NCBI GenBank assembly: GCA_040880915.1
Contig: JBBEEF010000239.1
Coordinates: 17,867-53,353 of the forward strand
Length of the DNA: 35,487 bases
Reading direction: 5' to 3'
Origin: Pirellulales bacterium
Lineage (GTDB): Bacteria > Planctomycetota > Planctomycetia > Pirellulales > UBA1268
A program made the translations under genes and the position numbers. Shown here one piece after another: positions 27,282 to 35,384 of the stretch (the stretch's first letter is position 1; each line of letters begins with the position of its first letter). Under the pieces are notes generated by a model. The model made no database searches and was not told the origin of the DNA. It saw only the letters and a program-made list of their open reading frames with translations.

Positions 27282-28055
27282 TTACCGCCGGACTTCAATC
27301 ACCCCGATGGCCAGGCGACGATCGGTGTAATACGGATCCCCGCCGCCGTTCTTACCTGCCGGCTGCTGATGGAACTGTTCGACCCAGTAGTAGCCGTCGA
27401 GCATGCCCGCTCGCACCGCATCGCTGACGACCTTGTTGCGTTCCCGGTCGATGTCGGGGCTGATCTTGTGGGTCACCCCCAACGTGGTGCGGCTGATCTC
27501 GACCCGTTCGTCGTAGGTCGCCGCCCCGATCCACAGCGGCTTACCCTTGCTGTCGAGTTCGTCGGATCGCCAGAACCGCACGTGGTGCCGTTGCTTGGGG
27601 CTGTTGCCGACGGGCTGCTCAAAAGCGGCGTCCTGCCTCCGGCCCCAGAGGTAGAGATCGCTGACGGGTGCGTGAGCATAGGGCTTGCGCAGAACGACAT
27701 CTGCCGCGATCCGCACCGACGTCTGCAGCGTGATCGGGTCGGCGGCGTACCAGCCGGCCGCCGCCAGCGTCCTGTGAAGCTCCTCCTCGGTGCCGATCAA
27801 GGCCACATTGATCGCATCGCCTTGATTCCCCTGGCCCGTCGTCGCATGCCGGGGGGAACGGGTCAGTGCCGGATGCCCTGCGATGTTCCCGGGCGGCTCG
27901 GCCTGCGGCTGTTCTCCGGGCAGCGACGATGGGCAGGCTGCCAGGACAGCCAGAACGACCGCGTGCACGATTCGCCGTCGGGCTGTCGGGCTCCGCCTGC
28001 TCCGGCAGCTATTTTTAAGTCGGGCATCCGTGCTGGCTCGTGTCACGGTAACCAT
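27282..28055 (-). CDS. LssY_C-domain protein (secreted or membrane-anchored)
   Basis: INVALIGTEEEL...AGW..AD...LYLWGRRQDAAFEQP....RHHVRFW...PLWIGAATYD is the LssY C-terminal pattern. An N-terminal hydrophobic anchor is present. Confidence 0.75.
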   Translation of the reverse strand: MVTVTRASTDARLKNSCRSRRSPTARRRIVHAVVLAVLAACPSSLPGEQPQAEPPGNIAGHPALTRSPRHATTGQGNQGDAINVALIGTEEELHRTLAAAGWYAADPITLQTSVRIAADVVLRKPYAHAPVSDLYLWGRRQDAAFEQPVGNSPKQRHHVRFWRSDELDSKGKPLWIGAATYDERVEISRTTLGVTHKISPDIDRERNKVVSDAVRAGMLDGYYWVEQFHQQPAGKNGGGDPYYTDRRLAIGVIEVRR

Positions 28056-28296
28056 CCTCCTGGCCTGATCCAAACCTGCTTCGGGCCGGGACGGTAGCAA
28101 ACGGCCGTTCTCCAACTCAAGGCCTTCCAGCGGTCGTTGGCTCGCCCAAAAAAGGTTCGACCAAAGATTAGGCGAGCGGCCCGAGCGTGACGGGCTATGC
28201 TCCGGCCGGGGAAACAGCCCCAGGATTCACGCCGGTTCGGTACGCTGTCGGCGGTCAACCATCCAGACGCCCTTGCGGCCCAGGAGAGAGTCGGAC

Positions 28297-29679
28297 ATGC
28301 GAGCCCTGGTGGTAATCTTGAGTCTAGTCGGATGCCTGGCGTCTGCCGCGGCGGCCGACGTGCCCAACCTCTGGCAGCGAAAGGAGGGGAGCGACTGGCC
28401 CGGGTTTCTCGGACCCACCGGCAACGGCACGAGCGACGAGACGGGATTCTTCACCGCCGAAGGCCTCCGCGGGGCGAAGGTGCTCTGGCATCACCCGCTC
28501 GGTACGGGCTACGCAATGCCCTCGATCAGCCGGGGGCGGCTGTTCCAGTTCTCCCGCCACCGCGATCAGAATCGCCTGGAATGCCTGCGGGCCGAGACGG
28601 GCGCACCGGTCTGGCAGTTCGAGTACCGGACCGACTACGAGGATCTCTACGGCTACGACGGCGGCCCTCGCTGCTGCCCCGTTGTCGACGATGACCGCAT
28701 CTACATCATCGGGGCCGAGGGGATGCTGCACTGCCTCGCGGTTGCCGACGGCTCCGTGATCTGGAAGGTGGACACAGCCGCCACCTTCGGCGTGGTACCG
28801 AACTTCTTCGGCGTCGGGAGCACGCCGGTCGTCGCGGGAGACCTGCTGATCGCCACCATCGGCGGCTCGCCCGCCGCCAGCCGTGAGGTTCCCCCGGGGC
28901 AGCTCGACCGCGTTCGGGGAGACGGCTCCGGCGTTGTGGCCTTCGACAAGCGGACGGGCGTTGTCCGCTACCGCTTCAGCGACGAGCTGGCCAGTTACGC
29001 GAGCCCCACGCTCGCGACAATCGCCGGCCGGCCCTGGGCATTCATCTTCGCCCGGGGCGGCCTGATCGGCTTCGACCCTGTTGCCGGCAGTCAGGATTTC
29101 CACTTTCCCTGGCGGGCATCGATCCTCGAGAGCGTGAATGCCGCCAATCCCGTGGTGGTTGGCGATGAGGTGCTGATCAGCGAGACCTACGGCCCCGGAG
29201 CCGCGCTGCTGCGGGTGAAGCCGGGGGAATGCTCGGTCGTGTGGCAGGACGACCCCCAGCAGCGTCGGAGGATCCTCCAGACCCACTGGAACACGCCGAT
29301 CCACCACGAGGGCTACGTCTATGCCTCGAGCGGTCGGCACATCCAGGACGCTGAACTGCGATGCGTCGAATGGAAAACCGGCCGGGTGGCCTGGTCGCAC
29401 CTCGGCCTCGGACGCACGAGCCTCCTGCTTGTGGAGAACCACTTCTTCTGCCTCGCTGAGAACGGTGATCTGCTTGTGTTTCGGGCAACACCCGAGCGGT
29501 TTGACCCGGTCGGCGAGATCCCGCTGGTCGCCGCCGACGGGGAGCAGGACGAGGCCGGTCGCACGAAGCTGCTCCGCTATCCCGCCTGGGCGGCTCCGAT
29601 TCTGGCGCATGGCCTGCTCTATGCCCGCGGGGCCGACCGGCTCGTCTGCATCGAACTCACCCGGGGCCCCGTGCCCTGA
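28297..29679 (+). CDS. Secreted PQQ-like (BamB-type) beta-propeller repeat protein (paralog of 11331..12707)
   Basis: AGGAGA lies upstream of ATG 28297. A signal peptide is followed by SDWPGFLGPTGNG and repeated LxCLxxxDGxxxW blades. Confidence 0.8.
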   Translation: MRALVVILSLVGCLASAAAADVPNLWQRKEGSDWPGFLGPTGNGTSDETGFFTAEGLRGAKVLWHHPLGTGYAMPSISRGRLFQFSRHRDQNRLECLRAETGAPVWQFEYRTDYEDLYGYDGGPRCCPVVDDDRIYIIGAEGMLHCLAVADGSVIWKVDTAATFGVVPNFFGVGSTPVVAGDLLIATIGGSPAASREVPPGQLDRVRGDGSGVVAFDKRTGVVRYRFSDELASYASPTLATIAGRPWAFIFARGGLIGFDPVAGSQDFHFPWRASILESVNAANPVVVGDEVLISETYGPGAALLRVKPGECSVVWQDDPQQRRRILQTHWNTPIHHEGYVYASSGRHIQDAELRCVEWKTGRVAWSHLGLGRTSLLLVENHFFCLAENGDLLVFRATPERFDPVGEIPLVAADGEQDEAGRTKLLRYPAWAAPILAHGLLYARGADRLVCIELTRGPVP

Positions 29680-29711
29680 GCTGGCAACCGGGATCGGCCA
29701 CGGCGGTCGCC

Positions 29712-30893
29712 ATGATCCACATCACGAGCGAGCAACGGCGGCTCTCGGTCGCGACCCAGGTGCTGACGGTGTCGACGCTGGCCTGCCTGGCCTTTTCCTG
29801 GCGGCTCTGGACCTCGACCCGCCTCTATCCGCTCGTGCCCTTCGCCGACCTCGTTCCTTCCTTCCCCCCACCCCTCGACGCCTTCGTCCTGGTCGCTCTT
29901 GCCGGCCTCCTCGTGCTCATCGCCGCCCGGCCGCTCTGGCGATGGCCGGTCGCCGGGGTCGTCGCGGTGTTCATGATCCTGTTCCTCCAGGATCAAAGCC
30001 GGCTCTGGCCCTCGTTCTACGAGTTCTTCCTGCTTTTTTTGATCCTGCTCGCGCACCGCCCGGCGGCGGGTGAGCAGGACGCCCACCGCATACTCGCCGG
30101 GATGCAGTTCGTGATCGCGGCCGTGTACTTCTGGGGGGGCTTCCACAAGCTGACGGTGCATTTCCTGCGGGAACAGTTTCCCTGGTTCGTGCAGCCGCTC
30201 GTCGATCTCATGCCCTTTCCGATCCCCGGGGTGGCACTCGTTGCGGCGGTGGTGCCCGTCTTTGAGATGGCGATCGGGGTCGGACTCCTGACGCGGCGGT
30301 TCCAGGGTGTCGCCCTCTCGGCCGCACTGGCAATGCACGCCGTGATTCTCGTTGGCATCGGACCGCTGCGGGACAACTGGAACAACAGCGCCTGGAGCTG
30401 GAGCCTCGCGACGGCGGTCTTGGCCTGGGTGCTGTTTGCCAATGCCCCGCCATTCAGAGTGCCCGCCATGTTTGCCCCCCGCCCCTCCCGCTGCCGGCCC
30501 CAGGCACTCCTCCAGGCATTCCTGGTCGTGGTGCTCGGGTTTCTGCCAGCGCTCAATGTCGTGAACTGCTGGGACTCCGCCCTGTCATTCAACGTGTACA
30601 CCGGCAACACGAGCGAGGCGTATGTGGTGATGAAGTCCAGCGTCGGGGATCGTCTTCCCGCCGCGATCATCCCGCACGTGAGCCGCCACGGCGAGTGGGC
30701 CGTGCTCGACCTCAATGCCTGGTCGCGGCAGGAATTCAACGCCGGCTGTTATCCGGAAAGTCGGGTCTTTCACCGGATCTTTGCCTCCCTCTGCGAGCAA
30801 CTTGCGGATCCCTCGGCCCGCCTCGTGATCATCGAGAAAGCTGGGTGGTTCTTCTCCAAGTCGCAGCACGAGTTACGCTGCGACCAGCGCTGA
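29712..30893 (+). CDS. Multi-pass integral membrane protein, family not recognised (possibly DoxX/MauE-like)
   Basis: At least 7 hydrophobic segments and coding-like composition. It follows the propeller gene after a 32-nt gap. Its last 217 nt are duplicated at 34349. Confidence 0.7.
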   Translation: MIHITSEQRRLSVATQVLTVSTLACLAFSWRLWTSTRLYPLVPFADLVPSFPPPLDAFVLVALAGLLVLIAARPLWRWPVAGVVAVFMILFLQDQSRLWPSFYEFFLLFLILLAHRPAAGEQDAHRILAGMQFVIAAVYFWGGFHKLTVHFLREQFPWFVQPLVDLMPFPIPGVALVAAVVPVFEMAIGVGLLTRRFQGVALSAALAMHAVILVGIGPLRDNWNNSAWSWSLATAVLAWVLFANAPPFRVPAMFAPRPSRCRPQALLQAFLVVVLGFLPALNVVNCWDSALSFNVYTGNTSEAYVVMKSSVGDRLPAAIIPHVSRHGEWAVLDLNAWSRQEFNAGCYPESRVFHRIFASLCEQLADPSARLVIIEKAGWFFSKSQHELRCDQR

Positions 30894-30906
30894 CACCCCA
30901 GGGCGG
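30677..30906. repeat. Left copy of a perfect 230-bp direct repeat (partner 34349..34578)
   Basis: Compared base by base and found identical. It covers the 3' 217 nt of CDS 29712..30893, including the stop, plus 13 nt. Confidence 0.95.
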
Positions 30907-30910
30907 ACTC

Positions 30911-30970
30911 CCGTCCCGCCCAGTCCCGCCCCGTCCCGCCCTGCCACGCCCTGCCACGCCCTGCCACGCT
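30911..30970. repeat. Six phased 10-bp tandem units (ccgtcccgcc, cagtcccgcc, ccgtcccgcc, ctgccacgcc x2, ctgccacgct)
   Basis: Read directly. The units are absent from the corresponding stretch of the right repeat copy. Confidence 0.9.
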
Positions 30971-30999
30971 GCCGCGTTGGGCCGACCGCCACCGCCATG

Positions 31000-31115
31000 A
31001 TGAACCCGTACGACTGAACGTGGCAGCCCCCCACGCCGACCGGAATGCTGCCGGCGTCGAGGATCTTGGAAAGCACGGCGTGGATCTCCTCGAGGGACCG
31101 CTCTTTACCGGTCAT
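31000..31115 (-). pseudogene. 5' fragment (about 39 codons) of an unidentified gene, truncated at the insertion junction
   Basis: The minus strand from ATG 31115 reads MTGKERSLEEIHAVLSKILDAGSIPVGVGGCHVQSYGFI with almost all G/C at third codon positions. The reading frame then runs into repeat/spacer sequence at 30999. Confidence 0.5.
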
Positions 31116-31212
31116 GTGCTTGTGAAAATGCCGGCGTCCGTCGTATCCTTGGCCCCGTACCAGCGACCGAGGCCGCGGCCAGATCGGCCATCGTCGCAAG
31201 CCTCCGGAAGGT

Positions 31213-32055
31213 ATGGTCATGACGACAAAAACCCGCTCCGAACGACCGCTGCTCCCCGTCCTGGGTATCGTGCTCGCGGCGGCCCTCGCCGCTGAACCGG
31301 GCTTCACAGCCGACCCTTCCGATGCGGGCACCATCACCACCATCTATCAACTGGATTTGTACACAGCCAAGCCCGGCAAACTCGACGAACTCCACGAGTG
31401 GTTCGCGGCGCACCTCGACGACGTTTTGGGAAGGCACGGCGCGGAAGCGGTCGCCTGCCTCGTTCCGTCCGACGTGAGGCCCGACGACGAGAACAGGTTC
31501 GTTTTCCTCGCCAGGTATCCATCTCAGCAGGCCCTCTTCGAGTTCTCTCAGGAAGTGCGTGCGGACCCGCTCTGGAAGCCCCTCGACACCTCGAAGGACA
31601 CGCCTGAAAGGCTCGTCGAGACGGTCGATACCCGACTCTTCACACCCACCGACTATTCCCCGGCTTTCGAGCCCAGCCGGTATGACGAGCCTCGCATCTT
31701 CGAGCTGCGAACCTACACCTGCCCGGGCCCCGAGAAGATGCAGGAACTGCACGAGCGATTCCGCCGCCACACGATGAAGCTCTTTGCGAAGCACGGCATG
31801 GAGAACCTCGTCTACTGGCACCCGCTCGTGTGGGGCCCGCGGTCATGCGACACCAAGACCCGGAGACTCGCCTATCTCCTCGGCCATAAGAGCCGGGAGG
31901 CCGCCCAGGCGAGTTTCGCGGCGTTCCGAAGCGACCCCGAATGGCTGCAAGCGAAGCAGGCGTCCGAGGATCGTGCCGGCGGATCGCTGACGAGCGCCGA
32001 AGGGGGAGTGGTGACAGAGTTTTTCATCCCGACCGACTACTCACCGCTGCGGTGA
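31213..32055 (+). CDS. NIPSNAP-family protein (two NIPSNAP domains) with signal peptide
   Basis: Two repeats of the pattern IYQLDLYTAKPGKLDELHEWF / IFELRTYTCPGPEKMQELHERF, each ending in PTDYSP. GGAAGG lies upstream of the ATG. Confidence 0.8.
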   Translation: MVMTTKTRSERPLLPVLGIVLAAALAAEPGFTADPSDAGTITTIYQLDLYTAKPGKLDELHEWFAAHLDDVLGRHGAEAVACLVPSDVRPDDENRFVFLARYPSQQALFEFSQEVRADPLWKPLDTSKDTPERLVETVDTRLFTPTDYSPAFEPSRYDEPRIFELRTYTCPGPEKMQELHERFRRHTMKLFAKHGMENLVYWHPLVWGPRSCDTKTRRLAYLLGHKSREAAQASFAAFRSDPEWLQAKQASEDRAGGSLTSAEGGVVTEFFIPTDYSPLR

Positions 32056-32116
32056 AGGCTTCCGTGGCAGCGGCGGCAGGGGTGGAGTGAAAGACCAAAT
32101 CGAAAGGAGGGATGCC

Positions 32117-33502
32117 ATGCAGGCAATCACGATGACGGCCGCGCGTGTGGGGCTGATCGCGCTGGTGTGGGCTGGAGGGTCATGCCGGGCGCCGGCCTGC
32201 GCTCAGGCCGAAGTTGCCGCCGAGGACTCGCCGACCATCCTGCTCGCCGCGACCATCGACCTGCTGCAGCCGCCGTTCTTCGGGGCCGTCGAAGGCATCT
32301 CGGTCGAGGGGGAGTTGCGGATCGGGCCCTCCGAGGGCAAGCCGGGCCAGGAGGTTCCGGCGCAGGGTCCGCTCGGCGAAGGACTGTATCTCGGCGTGGT
32401 CCGCGGGCGGCTGAAGAATTGGGGCGATGCCCAGTTGGTGCGGGTCGAGGTCACGGAAGTCCCGGGCGACGGCAGGGCTGTCGCGCAGGTGGGGCGCGGC
32501 CTCGACGGCAAGATTCCCGTTGGCAAACTCATCCTCTTGGTCCGGCCGCCGCAGACAACCACGGCTGAGATGCAGGCGCTTCCGGACCTCGTGACGCTCG
32601 AGAAGGGGCCGGCGCCGAAGGTCACCGCTGAGAAGCCCGTGGCTGCGGCGGAGGCGGGAATCGCGGCCACGGCGCGGGCCGATCGCACGGCGCGAAACCT
32701 CGCGGCCATCGCCAAGGCGATCATCGGCTACCACGACACGTACCGATGTTTTCCGCCGGCCATGTTGATCGGCCCCGACGGCAGGGCCTGGCACAGCTGG
32801 CGGGTGCTGATTCTCCCCTTCTTCGACGATCCGGCCATGCAGGCGCTCCGCAATCGATATGCATTCGAGGAGCCTTGGGATGGCCCGAGAAACAAGCAGT
32901 TGCTGGACCCGATGCCCGACGTCTACGCGGATGAGCCGGAAGGCAAGCCGGCCGGCTCGTTCACCCGCTACGCGGCCATCACCGGCGCGGGGACGATGTT
33001 CTCTCCGGATGGCGTCGCCTTCGATCCGGCCGCCAAGCCACTTCGTCTCGGCCACGGCGTGCTGATGAAAGACTTCCAGGATGCGGCCTCCGCCACGCTG
33101 ATGGTGGGCACGCTCACCAGCACTGCGCGGATTCCGTGGATGAAGCCCGAGGACGTGGTCGTCGGAGACGAGCCGAAGCTGCTGGGCGACAAGGGATTCT
33201 TCGGCACTCCCTACGAGTCGATCAGGGGCCTCGACAAGTCCAACGGCACCTTCGGCCTGTTTGCCCGCGCCGATGGCGGCATGGCCGTCGTCTCCGAGAC
33301 GATCGACCCGGACGCCTTCCGGGCACTCACGACCATCGCGGGCAGGGAAGGCGTCGACCTTGCGAAGACCCCCGGCGTGTTTCTCGCGCCGCTGCCCGGA
33401 ATGGACGACGCGATTGCTGCGCCGCCGGCCGCCCGCGGACGGCAGTTGAAGGTCGTCATTTTCCAGAACGACGGCGTGACGAAGGCCCGGCTCGCGGAGT
33501 AG
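32117..33502 (+). CDS. DUF1559-domain protein lacking the usual prepilin-type N-terminus
   Basis: AGGAGG lies 6 nt upstream of ATG 32117, and a signal peptide follows. The DUF1559 core starts at NLAAIAKAIIGYHDTYRCFPPA and ends with an ADGGMAVVSETID-type motif. About 190 aa of unrelated sequence precede the core. Confidence 0.75.
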   Translation: MQAITMTAARVGLIALVWAGGSCRAPACAQAEVAAEDSPTILLAATIDLLQPPFFGAVEGISVEGELRIGPSEGKPGQEVPAQGPLGEGLYLGVVRGRLKNWGDAQLVRVEVTEVPGDGRAVAQVGRGLDGKIPVGKLILLVRPPQTTTAEMQALPDLVTLEKGPAPKVTAEKPVAAAEAGIAATARADRTARNLAAIAKAIIGYHDTYRCFPPAMLIGPDGRAWHSWRVLILPFFDDPAMQALRNRYAFEEPWDGPRNKQLLDPMPDVYADEPEGKPAGSFTRYAAITGAGTMFSPDGVAFDPAAKPLRLGHGVLMKDFQDAASATLMVGTLTSTARIPWMKPEDVVVGDEPKLLGDKGFFGTPYESIRGLDKSNGTFGLFARADGGMAVVSETIDPDAFRALTTIAGREGVDLAKTPGVFLAPLPGMDDAIAAPPAARGRQLKVVIFQNDGVTKARLAE

Positions 33503-33582
33503 ACCCGACGGCGGCCGTGACTCCGAGGGGGTCGCAAGAACAGCGACTCGACTCAAAGAGTGTATTTCTGTACACTTCTTTT

Positions 33583-33843
33583 ATGCCGACCATCAGCCGC
33601 TTTTTCGGAATCGCTATCGAGATGTTCTGGCGAGAGCACAACCCGCCCCACTTTCACGCCACCTACGCGGAAGACGAGGCGGTCTTTGAGATCGCGTCGC
33701 TCGATATAATTCGGGGTCAACTTCCCCATCGGGCTCGGGCGCTCGTGAAAGAGTGGGCAGAGTTGCACCGCGAGGCACTGCTGGAGAACTGGGAGCTATG
33801 CAGCCAACTGAAGCCGCCCAATCCCGTTCCCCCACTGGAGTAA
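33583..33843 (+). CDS. DUF4160-domain protein
   Basis: MPTISRFFGIAIEMFWREHNPPHFHATY...LPHRARALVKEWAELHREALLENWEL is a near-textbook DUF4160 sequence. Confidence 0.85.
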   Translation: MPTISRFFGIAIEMFWREHNPPHFHATYAEDEAVFEIASLDIIRGQLPHRARALVKEWAELHREALLENWELCSQLKPPNPVPPLE

Positions 33844-34133
33844 ACGACACTGGAGAGTCGGCCGCGGCCTGGCGGATCGCCGAGGCGGCTCCCAGCGGCC
33901 GGTGGACATTGGCCGTGCGATTTCGCGACGGCCTCGCCGGGGAGGTCGATCTCAGCGAGTTCCTGGCCTCTCCGGCAGTCGTGGGCACGCCCTTCGAGCC
34001 TCTCCGTGACGAGGCCTTCTTCCGGCAGGCGCAGGCCGCCGAAGGGGTCGTTCGCTGGCCGAACGGCGCCGATCTCGCACCCGACGCGATGTACGACGCG
34101 ATCCGCGCTGCAGGCCGCTGGGTCGTGCCGTAG
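33798..34133 (+). CDS. DUF2442-domain protein
   Basis: LAVRFRDGLAGEVDLSEFL...FEPLRDEAFF...VRWPNGADLAPDAMY is the DUF2442 pattern. The only canonical in-frame start is ATG 33798, which overlaps the DUF4160 gene by 46 nt. The true start is uncertain. Confidence 0.75.
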   Translation: MQPTEAAQSRSPTGVNDTGESAAAWRIAEAAPSGRWTLAVRFRDGLAGEVDLSEFLASPAVVGTPFEPLRDEAFFRQAQAAEGVVRWPNGADLAPDAMYDAIRAAGRWVVP

Positions 34134-34145
34134 GCCGGCGTCGGG

Positions 34146-34348
34146 TCAGGCCGGGGTCGAACTTGTCGGGCGTCGCGAGCAAGACGTTGCGGATCGCGCT
34201 GTTGATCGCCATCCGGCAGTCGGTGTTGACGTTGATGTTCTGCGGTACTGCGCCCGCCCGCCCTTTGCACTCGAGCGGTTCTCCGCGATCCGTGGCCGAG
34301 ACGGCCGCATCACCCGGCGGCGTCGGGGACAGTCCCCTCCCCGGGCGG
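34146..34348 (-). pseudogene. Internal fragment of an unidentified gene abutting the right repeat copy
   Basis: The minus-strand frame reads ...GDAAVSATDRGEPLECKGRAGAVPQNINVNTDCRMAINSAIRNVLLATPDKFDPGLT with strong G/C third-position bias. There is no start at its 5' side (junction at 34349). The bias collapses after about 34146, and no stop occurs there. Confidence 0.45.
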
Positions 34349-34578
34349 CGTGAGCCGCCACGGCGAGTGGGCCGTGCTCGACCTCAATGCCTGGTCGCGG
34401 CAGGAATTCAACGCCGGCTGTTATCCGGAAAGTCGGGTCTTTCACCGGATCTTTGCCTCCCTCTGCGAGCAACTTGCGGATCCCTCGGCCCGCCTCGTGA
34501 TCATCGAGAAAGCTGGGTGGTTCTTCTCCAAGTCGCAGCACGAGTTACGCTGCGACCAGCGCTGACACCCCAGGGCGG
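34349..34578. repeat. Right copy of the 230-bp direct repeat; carries a truncated pseudo-copy of the membrane-protein gene 3' end (34350..34565)
   Basis: Identical to 30677..30906. The 71-codon ORF 34350..34565 equals the C-terminal 70 aa of CDS 29712..30893. Confidence 0.95.
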
Positions 34579-34634
34579 GAGTCCCGTCCCGTCTAGCCCT
34601 GCCCCGTTGCGAACTTGGTCCGACCGCCACCGCC

Positions 34635-35384
34635 ATGCATCTCGACATCCTCCACGATTCCGCGGGCGTGCTCGCCGTCGCCAAGCCTGCCGGGCTGGCG
34701 ACGCAGGCGGCCCGCGGAGTCCCGTCGGTCGAGTCGTTCATGCGGGAGCGGCTCTTCGGTGGGGTGGCAACCGTTGCGCTCTTTTCCGGCCGCCGGCGGC
34801 ATCCGGGTGGATTTCTGGGAGTGCCCCACCGTCTCGACCGGGCCGTATCGGGCGTGCTGCTCCTGGCCACCACGCCCCGCGCGGCCCGGCAGCTCTCGCG
34901 GCAGTTCGAGCGGCGGCACGTCGGCAAGACCTACCTCGCGGTCGTTGGGGCGGGCCCAACCGCTCCCGCCGTGGGCGAAACGCTCACGTGGCACGACCTC
35001 ATCCGCAAACTCCGCGATCAGCCGCGGGCCGAGATCGTGCAACCCGACACGGAGCCAACGACTGGCGATCGTGAGGCGATCACGACCGGCCGCGTCCGGG
35101 CAACGGCACAGGACACGGTGCTGCTCGAGCTTCACCCACGCACCGGCCGCATGCACCAGTTGCGGGTGCAGGCCGCCGCCCGCGGCATGCCGGTGCTCGG
35201 CGATGTGATGTACGGCGGCCGCGGCCTCGCTCCCGCTTCGGAGCCGAGCGACGAGCGAACGAGCCCGATCGCACTCCACGCCTGGCGGATTGAGTTCACG
35301 AACCCGGAAACCGGCCTGCCGATCGCCGTCACATGCCCGCCGCCGGCCTATCAACCATGGACGACATACACAGGTCACATTTGA
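34635..35384 (+). CDS. RluA-family pseudouridine synthase
   Basis: VLAVAKPAGL, the catalytic HRLDRAVSGVLLLA, then KTYLAVV and HQLRVQAA. Confidence 0.9.
   Translation: MHLDILHDSAGVLAVAKPAGLATQAARGVPSVESFMRERLFGGVATVALFSGRRRHPGGFLGVPHRLDRAVSGVLLLATTPRAARQLSRQFERRHVGKTYLAVVGAGPTAPAVGETLTWHDLIRKLRDQPRAEIVQPDTEPTTGDREAITTGRVRATAQDTVLLELHPRTGRMHQLRVQAAARGMPVLGDVMYGGRGLAPASEPSDERTSPIALHAWRIEFTNPETGLPIAVTCPPPAYQPWTTYTGHI

Noticed and set aside
30911-30970. The 10-bp tandem array, considered as a CRISPR-like array
   Set aside because: The units are contiguous with no spacers and are far shorter than CRISPR repeats. No cas genes are present.
31105-31821. A 238-aa minus-strand ORF overlapping the NIPSNAP gene
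   Set aside because: The plus-strand frame has clear NIPSNAP domain repeats, a signal peptide and a ribosome-binding site. The minus ORF has no recognisable features.
33136-33582. The upstream part of ORF 33136..33843 (Arg/Gly/Pro-rich) as an N-terminal extension of the DUF4160 protein
   Set aside because: It overlaps the 3' end of the DUF1559 gene in another frame. DUF4160 proteins begin with MPTISRF, which is exactly ATG 33583.
34350-34565. A 71-codon ORF, considered as an independent small gene
   Set aside because: It is an exact copy of the C-terminal 70 codons of CDS 29712..30893, created by the duplication. It begins at the junction with a fortuitous GTG and has no ribosome-binding site or promoter evidence. 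I treat it as a truncated pseudo-copy.
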